Source: Calditrichia bacterium
Lineage (GTDB): Bacteria > Calditrichota > Calditrichia > RBG-13-44-9
NCBI GenBank assembly: GCA_037381445.1
Contig: JARRQT010000071.1
Span: 1 to 13,477, forward strand
Length of the DNA: 13,477 nt
Direction: 5' to 3'
A model generated the notes under the pieces. It was not told the DNA's origin, ran no database searches, and saw nothing but the letters and a program-made list of their open reading frames with translations. The position numbers and the translations under genes were made by a program. This document shows, piece after piece, positions 7,426 through 13,477 of this stretch (within the stretch, counting starts at the first letter, position 1; each line of letters starts with the position of its first letter).

Positions 7426-8390
7426 AAACCTATATTTGTTTAATGATATTCCTGCTGGCGCCAGCGCTGCGGGGGCAAAATACCGCTTCACTGGAAAATC
7501 AGCGCAGCGAGCTTCTGCATAAAATCCAATTGCAGGAAAAGACCGTCAATGCGCTGCAGACACAGTTGGATTCCGCCACTTCGAGGATAGAAAAAGAAAA
7601 ATCGGCCCACGGAGAAAATAGCGGGAAAATCACAAAATTGCTGGCCGGGGCTTTTTCCCTCTCCAACAAAGTGGAAGAAGAAAAACAGCGGAAATCGGCG
7701 CTGGAGCAAGAGCTGCAGGAAACAAATCAAAAGCTGGATATCCGCTATACGGAAATCATCGATTCCATGCAGGCTTTAAAGAAATCCCGCAAAGCGGGAC
7801 AGCAGTCTGATATGGACAGGCAGATTCTGGAAACGGTGGAAAAGAAATTAAGTGTTTCACCCCAGATAGAGGGCCTCTCTTTTAATCCCGGACAAATCGC
7901 AGGCATCCATCTGCGGGAGGCCCGGGATTCCACCGAGTACGCAATCTACCGGGATTATCTGAAGAATGCCTTAGCGGATGTGACACAGCATCAGACTCGC
8001 ATCGAAAAGCTCGAAAAGGAGTTGGAGGAAGTCGCGCTGCTGAAGAAGAAAAGCGAGGAGTTTCTGGAGGAGGCGGGAGCAGAGCGGGACATGGGGCTTT
8101 TCGCCCAGACGGTTTCTCCCATAGCGACCGCAGAACCGACTTACGGCCAGATCAGCACGGACGCCGCCAGACAGGCTACCGGAGCCCAGGTGCAATCCCT
8201 GTTTCTGATCATGAGGCAGCTTGATAACGGTGCGGAAGATATGTCCCGCGCCCGCTGGAAATCTCCCCTGGATTCGGGCGATGTTGTTCTGTCCATTCCC
8301 GACTATTTAAAATTGTTGAAGAAAACGAATGCCATCCTCGAACAGCAGAAACTGCTGCTGCTCCATAAACTGGGAGAAGGGGACAAATAA
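7422..8390 (+). CDS. Secreted or periplasmic coiled-coil hypothetical protein
   Basis: ATGA overlap with the regulator stop (7422-7425); signal peptide MKTYICLMIFLLAPALRG; long E/K/Q/L-rich heptad segments. Confidence 0.82.
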   Translation: MKTYICLMIFLLAPALRGQNTASLENQRSELLHKIQLQEKTVNALQTQLDSATSRIEKEKSAHGENSGKITKLLAGAFSLSNKVEEEKQRKSALEQELQETNQKLDIRYTEIIDSMQALKKSRKAGQQSDMDRQILETVEKKLSVSPQIEGLSFNPGQIAGIHLREARDSTEYAIYRDYLKNALADVTQHQTRIEKLEKELEEVALLKKKSEEFLEEAGAERDMGLFAQTVSPIATAEPTYGQISTDAARQATGAQVQSLFLIMRQLDNGAEDMSRARWKSPLDSGDVVLSIPDYLKLLKKTNAILEQQKLLLLHKLGEGDK

Positions 8391-8445
8391 TTCATTTCAT
8401 CCAGAAACCGGAACATACCTTCCAGAGGGTGCCGGGGCAGATCCC

Positions 8446-9525
8446 ATGATCCGGCGAAAATTTCTGTTTCTCTTTATTCTTGGCAGATTGTCCCGTCGAA
8501 CTGCCCCTGCCTTCCTCCTTTGGGGATTGCTCCTGCCACTCTTATGGCCGCGATATTCCGCCGCCTCCGATCTTAGCGGGAAAGTTGGCGGTGAACTGGG
8601 TTACTACCATTCCTCAATCGGTTTTGACCGGCAGAGAGAACATCTCCTGGGCAGGTTCACAGGCTCCCTGCGCTACAAAGGGTCCCATGGCAACAGCAAT
8701 TGGAATTTCGAAGCACAGCTAAAGCCTGAGCTTTATGATTTCAACGGGAATACCGGCATCATCAAATCCAACGGCGGTCTGCAGTTTATCGAAAAATATT
8801 CCGGGGGCAACTGGAATCTGGCTTTGGACTTCCGGAACAACAAATACTATTTTGATGACATCGACATTACCTTCAGAACAGTCGGATTCCGGGCTGGCGT
8901 GGTGCAGCAGATACGGCCTTCAACTTTTCTGCTGATCAACGGCGGTTATCTGTACCGGAATATTACGGACGGTGATCCTGCCGGGCTGGATGCCCTGCCA
9001 GTCCGGTTAAAAATAGTCTGGGGGCTGTCTCCCTACCTGGTGCTATCCGGCGGCACGTATCTGGAACGTTTCAGGGTTCACCGGACATTAACCTCAAATC
9101 AGGTATGGAAAAAGGAATATAACAGGGGATGGCGCTACGGACCGGAATTTTCGGTGGAATACCAGAGGGACTTCTATTTTAATTTTGTGTACAGCATCTT
9201 AGGACATACTTCCGATGTGACAGTTTCGCCCTCCACCGAGCAATCCGTCAGGCTGGTTCTGGGTAAAATCCTGAGCCCCGAGTGGTCGGCATTTTTTCTG
9301 ATCGACTATTATTTCAACCAGTTGAAGGGAAAAAACAATCCGGACCCGCGGCTGTATTACAGCGCCATCAACAATGAGAACTTTGTCCAGTTCAAGTTGG
9401 AAAAAGACTTGAGCGCCTCCGCTGACCTGTATCTTAAGATTGTATACCTGAACGAAGATTTGATCATCCGGAACTACGGCTTTGACGGCTGGCAGACAAC
9501 CGGCGGGCTGGAATTTGAATTCTGA
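8446..9525 (+). CDS. Hypothetical outer-membrane beta-barrel protein
   Basis: N-terminal hydrophobic leader, aromatic-rich alternating strands and C-terminal GGLEFEF (terminal Phe, BAM-type beta-signal). Start uncertain (ATG 8446 or TTG 8488). Confidence 0.78.
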   Translation: MIRRKFLFLFILGRLSRRTAPAFLLWGLLLPLLWPRYSAASDLSGKVGGELGYYHSSIGFDRQREHLLGRFTGSLRYKGSHGNSNWNFEAQLKPELYDFNGNTGIIKSNGGLQFIEKYSGGNWNLALDFRNNKYYFDDIDITFRTVGFRAGVVQQIRPSTFLLINGGYLYRNITDGDPAGLDALPVRLKIVWGLSPYLVLSGGTYLERFRVHRTLTSNQVWKKEYNRGWRYGPEFSVEYQRDFYFNFVYSILGHTSDVTVSPSTEQSVRLVLGKILSPEWSAFFLIDYYFNQLKGKNNPDPRLYYSAINNENFVQFKLEKDLSASADLYLKIVYLNEDLIIRNYGFDGWQTTGGLEFEF

Positions 9526-9573
9526 CAGACCTTGCCAGGACAAGCGGAATGGCACTGGTGTTTGCAGCGGGAC

Positions 9574-10461
9574 TCAGGAACGGGCCTCGTCCGTTTTCGC
9601 CAGACGCCTGAAAAACGGAAGCGGAACGAATTCACTGATATAAAGGGAAGCCATTACCACGCTTCCTCCCAGAAGCAATAGCAGGATATTTCCCTTCTCA
9701 CCGAAAAATACGATTGAGACGAAAATCGCCAGCGGCACCTTGAGGTCGTTAAACACCGCCAGCGTGCCTGCTTCCACCCGGCGGGCGCCGTAATTCCACA
9801 GGAAGAAACAGATGCCGGAGGCCAGCGCGCCCAGGTAGAGCAGCGTCCATATCTGGGTAAGGCTCAGGCGCAGTGCGCTCCAATCGGTGAAAATCCCGCT
9901 CGACAGGGAAGTAATGAGGAAGGCGCCCAGGAATAACAATCCAAAAACCGACTGGTCTTTCACCTCCGGATTTTTCTCCAGCAAATGCTTGTAATATATC
10001 TGTCCGAAGGCGAAACATAAATTCGAGATCTGGACAATAAAGAATCCAAGGATGAAGCGGCTCACAAATATATTCTGATAGACCACGATCCCGGTGCCAA
10101 TCACCGCCATCAGCGCGGTCAATAAATTCAGGCGATTGAATCTCCCCTTCAGATAATCGTTAATAAGCGTGACATAAATGGGAGTAAAAATGGTGAACAA
10201 CGCCACCTGATACGCTTTCAAATATTGAAAGGAATAGATATAGCTGATATACATGACCCCGTATTGCACCATGCCGGTGAGGGTAAGCTGAAAACGCAAT
10301 CGCCAGCCCGTTTTTTTCAGTCGCAGCAACGGCAGGAATATAATGACGGAAATTGCCATACGGGCCCAGGAGACAAAATTGGGATCAAGATTGGTCAGAT
10401 TTCCCTTGATCAGTCCAAAGGAAAAGGCCCAAATCAATGAAACAACAAACAGGTAAACCAT
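9574..10461 (-). CDS. yigM: EamA/DMT-family transporter, YigM (BioP)/MadN-like
   Basis: About ten TM helices; motifs LIWAFSF, QYGVMY, LFTIFTPIYVTLI.D, LMAVIG, VQISNLCFAFGQIYYK parallel E. coli YigM as I recall it. ATG 10461 preferred over TTG 10467. Confidence 0.85.
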   Translation of the reverse strand: MVYLFVVSLIWAFSFGLIKGNLTNLDPNFVSWARMAISVIIFLPLLRLKKTGWRLRFQLTLTGMVQYGVMYISYIYSFQYLKAYQVALFTIFTPIYVTLINDYLKGRFNRLNLLTALMAVIGTGIVVYQNIFVSRFILGFFIVQISNLCFAFGQIYYKHLLEKNPEVKDQSVFGLLFLGAFLITSLSSGIFTDWSALRLSLTQIWTLLYLGALASGICFFLWNYGARRVEAGTLAVFNDLKVPLAIFVSIVFFGEKGNILLLLLGGSVVMASLYISEFVPLPFFRRLAKTDEARS

Positions 10462-10688
10462 GCTCAACTCAAAATATGAATATGTGGAGAACAGCTCTCA
10501 TTCATTTAATTTACAGAAGGTGAAGATAGAACAAAAATCAGAAGAATACTAACCTAAAATACAAATACCCGCTAACCCGAAAAAGTCATCCGGTAGGCGG
10601 TTCTTGCCCAAAAAAGCACCAGACTTTTCAGATTTAGCCAAAATAAACATTTTATTGACCTGAAATTTATGTTATCTTGGTATTCGGT

Positions 10689-10911
10689 AATGCTTTTATG
10701 AAAAGCATTGGAAATAGTGTTGTCATATGACGGCCGCTACTGTTAAAAGAAGAATATGTCTTCCTAATTTTTCACTCCCCCAGACCTTCTGTTAATTGTA
10801 AACGAATCCGGCATATTTAGGAAGATTTTGCTTTCTATTGTTGAGTTAAGCACTATTGGGAACGCTTCTGAAACCGGGATATGAATCAAAAGCAACCGCC
10901 TTGTCAGCGGT
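10689..10911 (+). promoter_or_regulatory. Extensively base-paired region upstream of the RRM gene (long 5' UTR or sRNA)
   Basis: Helices 10689-10697/10701-10709, 10713-10721/10849-10857, 10758-10767/10817-10826 and 10895-10899/10907-10911; palindrome GTCATATGAC at 10722-10731. Confidence 0.4.
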
Positions 10912-10970
10912 ATATGAATGACATTGTGTGAATTTTAATTGTTAAAATAATAATATTAAAGGAGCGGTAA

Positions 10971-11276
10971 ATGAATATTTATGTCGGGAATCTGGCACAT
11001 GAGGTACAAGATCAGGAGTTGCGGGAGGCATTTGAGGCATTCGGTATGGTGGAATCGGCGGTGGTTATCAGGGACAAATTCAGTGGCGATTCCAGAGGCT
11101 TTGGTTTTGTGGAAATGAAAATCAAAACCGAAGCGGAGGAAGCAATGAAACAGATGGACGGAAAAGAACTGAAAGGTCGGCACCTCATTGTCAATGAAGC
11201 AAGGCCCCGCAAAGAAAACCGGGGCGGCAGAAAAGGCGGCGGGCGCGGCGGCAGGGGCGGCGGATTCCGTCGATAA
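10971..11276 (+). CDS. RRM (RNP-1) RNA-binding protein with Gly/Arg-rich tail
   Basis: RNP2 IYVGNL, RNP1 RGFGFVEM, VNEARPR, RGG repeats; RBS AAGGAG upstream. Confidence 0.96.
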   Translation: MNIYVGNLAHEVQDQELREAFEAFGMVESAVVIRDKFSGDSRGFGFVEMKIKTEAEEAMKQMDGKELKGRHLIVNEARPRKENRGGRKGGGRGGRGGGFRR

Positions 11277-11327
11277 TCAACCCGGAAGTATCTTTTACCC
11301 CGATTTTAAAAGACATACGTTGTTATC

Positions 11328-11357
11328 AGAAAACCCCGGTCTTCCCGGGGTCTTTTG
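11328..11357. terminator. Bidirectional rho-independent terminator
   Basis: ACCCCGG-TCTTC-CCGGGGT (11333-11351) flanked by an A-run and CTTTT, between convergent genes. Confidence 0.8.
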
Positions 11358-11460
11358 ATTAGTAAGCTTTCCTTTGAATTTCTTTAAAAATAGCCCTTGC
11401 CGATAAAACAATCGAGGTTGGGACAATTCATAATCGCCCGTAAAATATTTTAGCGCAATC

Positions 11461-11868
11461 TCAGTCAGTCGGCTTAATAACGAAATCCTTGCTCTGCAGG
11501 ATACTTCCCGAGGCCGACTCCACATCAACCCTCCATTTGCCGTCCCACTCTTTCAAAATGGTTTTGGAGCTCCAGGTTCGCCAGGAATCGCCTTTAATGT
11601 TCAGCGTTACCCGCGCTTTTTCTTCACCTTTGTAATACCACACGTGGGATATGGTGGTGGTATCGGCGGCGCCGTCGATTTTGGTAAAACAGTAGACCGT
11701 TCCCACATCATCAGAGAAAACGGTGTCAATTCCCACCGGCTCGCGGTCCTGAATGCCAGTGCAAAAATCCATTTGCTGAACGGTCAGCATGGCCCCCTCC
11801 TGCGCTAATCCGATGCCAATTGTCCCTGCCAGCAGAAAGAGAAGAGAAATGACAAAAGAACGTCTCAT
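11461..11868 (-). CDS. DUF2914 domain-containing exported protein
   Basis: Signal peptide; motifs I.DREP, VYCFT, I.HVWY, WRTWSSK, W.G.WRVDV; RBS GGAGGT (11880-11875). Confidence 0.88.
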   Translation of the reverse strand: MRRSFVISLLFLLAGTIGIGLAQEGAMLTVQQMDFCTGIQDREPVGIDTVFSDDVGTVYCFTKIDGAADTTTISHVWYYKGEEKARVTLNIKGDSWRTWSSKTILKEWDGKWRVDVESASGSILQSKDFVIKPTD

Positions 11869-11908
11869 CGCAATACCTCCTGATAAATTATTTTGAGTAA
11901 TTTGACCT

Positions 11909-11936
11909 AAGATAATATCATCGTATGAAAAATCAA
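11909..11936 (-). promoter_or_regulatory. Possible sigma70 promoter for the DUF2914 gene
   Basis: Minus strand TTGATT-N16-TATCTT. Confidence 0.35.
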
Positions 11937-12121
11937 AAAGTTAAGTCATGTTTTTTCTTCCAGATAAAAATTTGCAGGCCAGTTTTTGAAAACAGATATT
12001 ACCCGGAATCGCAGGCGCCGGACAAATCGAACCGGTTCCATTCAGCCGGCAAAAATCGTTTCGATGGCGTAAGCTTTTCGATTGCAGAAAATGCGGAGGC
12101 GGCATTATCTCCAGATGATGC

Positions 12122-12150
12122 TTGAATTTCAGGATTTTAACATTTATATT
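12122..12150 (+). promoter_or_regulatory. Putative sigma70 promoter of plsX
   Basis: TTGAAT (12122-12127), 17-nt spacer, TATATT (12145-12150); RBS AAAGGA at 12168-12173. Confidence 0.6.
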
Positions 12151-12181
12151 CATTGGTCAAAAATTAAAAGGAATTTGCGGA

Positions 12182-13228
12182 ATGAAGCGAAATCGAATCA
12201 TACTGGATGCTATGGGCGGTGACAATGCGCCCTATGAAACGATTAAAGGCGCGGTGCTGGCCAGCAAGGAAAGTCCCACCCTGCAGGTGATTCTGGTAGG
12301 AGATGATGAAATCGTAAAGCAGAATTTAAAGGAATTTGACATAACAGGATTAAATTTTGAGATAGTAAAAGCAGCCCAGGTTATCTCCATGAAGGATGCC
12401 GCCAGGCAGGCGGTCAATGAAAAGGATGATGCCTCGATCAACGTGGCCTGCCGGTTTCTGGCGGAAGACGGGGGAGATGCGCTGGTCAGTGCGGGCAATA
12501 CCGGCGCGACCATTGTCTCCTGCGCCAAGCACCTGCCGCGAATTGAAGGAGTGGAACGGGGCGCCCTGGCGGCGGTATTCCCTGCCCTGAAAAACAAGCC
12601 TGGCGATCCCGGAAAATCGGTGATGCTGGATGTGGGAGCAACCCTGCATTGCTCGCCCGCCCAGTTGATTCAGTTTGCCGTTATGGGAATTCATTATGCC
12701 CGGGAAGTCCTTGAAATCGATAAACCGAGACTGGGACTTTTGAATATCGGCGAGGAGGAAACAAAAGGGCATGAAGGTCTGGTGGAAACCTATTCCCTGC
12801 TGAAGAAACTGGAAGACGCGAATTTTATCGGCAATGTCGAGGGCAACGATGTGATGCGCGGCGTGGTGGACGTCATTGTCTGCGAGGGGCTGGTCGGCAA
12901 TATTGTGCTGAAAGCCCTGGAAGGGGCCGCGGAGCTCGGAATTCAAACCGGCAAAAGAATCTGGAAGAAAAACCTGATGGCCAAAATGGGTATTGCCCTT
13001 CTGGCGCCCACCCTGAAGCAGGTCAAGAAACGGGTCGACTATTCGGAATATGGGGGAGCGCCTATCCTGGGATTCGAGAAACTGGTCATAAAATCCCACG
13101 GCAGGTCCAAGGCCAAGGCCATCAAAAACGCGCTGCTGCTGGCAGAGCAGTCACTGAAGCATGATCTGGTCAGTAATATCAGGCGTGATATTCATAAATA
13201 TAACCGGAAATTTTTCCCGGTTTACTAA
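12182..13228 (+). CDS. plsX: Phosphate acyltransferase PlsX
   Basis: LDAMGGDNAP, VSAGNTGA, LDVGA, LLNIGEEETKG, FIGNVEG, EGLVGNIVLK, DYSEYGGAPILG and IKSHGRS motifs; ATG 12182 follows the RBS. Confidence 0.96.
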   Translation: MKRNRIILDAMGGDNAPYETIKGAVLASKESPTLQVILVGDDEIVKQNLKEFDITGLNFEIVKAAQVISMKDAARQAVNEKDDASINVACRFLAEDGGDALVSAGNTGATIVSCAKHLPRIEGVERGALAAVFPALKNKPGDPGKSVMLDVGATLHCSPAQLIQFAVMGIHYAREVLEIDKPRLGLLNIGEEETKGHEGLVETYSLLKKLEDANFIGNVEGNDVMRGVVDVIVCEGLVGNIVLKALEGAAELGIQTGKRIWKKNLMAKMGIALLAPTLKQVKKRVDYSEYGGAPILGFEKLVIKSHGRSKAKAIKNALLLAEQSLKHDLVSNIRRDIHKYNRKFFPVY

Positions 13229-13291
13229 AATTCCCGGCTGCACAAAATTTCTTGCGAAACTTGAGGAATTATCAAATCAGACTGTTTGAGG

Positions 13292-13317
13292 TAAGCCGGC
13301 TTAAAATAATTATTTTA
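13292..13317. repeat. Two abutting perfect palindromes
   Basis: TAAGCCGGCTTA (13292-13303) overlaps TAAAATAATTATTTTA (13302-13317). Confidence 0.5.
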
Positions 13318-13427
13318 TCAATCTCTTCCAGAATGCCAAAAGTGCGTCTTATTTAAACATAAATAAGCTAATAATTCATTGTTAGTCCGGAAACACCATC
13401 TTGGCCGAGGCCAGCAAGTTTGATTTT

Positions 13428-13477
13428 ATGAAGCGGAATTCAGGTATAACTGTTATATCAAATGCTGATATTGTGAT
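13428..13477 (+). CDS. Possible 5' end of a gene running off the window, perhaps amidohydrolase-like
   Basis: ATG 13428 is open to the end (MKRNSGITVISNADIV..); the I-x-NA-x-IV pattern resembles amidohydrolase N-termini; only 16 codons and no clear RBS. Confidence 0.3.
   Translation, partial: MKRNSGITVISNADIV

Noticed and set aside
9550..9566. Sigma54-like TGGCAC..TTTGCA
   Set aside because: GG-to-GC spacing is 11 nt rather than the required 10, and it points antisense into the transporter gene.
10796..10803. TTGTAAAC BirA operator half-site near the yigM-like gene
   Set aside because: No matching inverted half-site at the expected spacing, and it is over 300 bp from the gene.
11925..12153. 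ORFs 11925-12125 (+) and 11941-12153 (-)
   Set aside because: They lie in a divergent promoter region, lack RBSs and show no recognisable protein features.

Overview
Bacterial (diderm) chromosomal window with no mobile element, rRNA/tRNA or CRISPR array detected. Left to right: a stand-alone IscU/NifU_N-family scaffold gene behind a sigma70 promoter and a possibly structured leader; a + strand envelope cluster (small beta-rich lipoprotein, lipoprotein serpin, FadL/PorV-like outer-membrane barrel, HAMP sensor kinase, sigma54-dependent NtrC-family regulator, secreted coiled-coil protein, second outer-membrane barrel); a convergent YigM/BioP-like EamA transporter; a divergent RRM RNA-binding protein gene with a long base-paired upstream region; a DUF2914 protein; an orphan plsX; and probably the start of another gene at the right edge. 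The most interesting signal is upstream of the lipoprotein-serpin-barrel operon: a sigma54-type -24/-12 element (GG-N10-GA) preceded by 19-bp-periodic pseudo-palindromes at enhancer distance, with a GAFTGA-containing activator and its kinase encoded just downstream. This suggests a self-contained, sigma54-controlled envelope anti-protease module. All family calls are from motif recognition by eye; no database searches were run.
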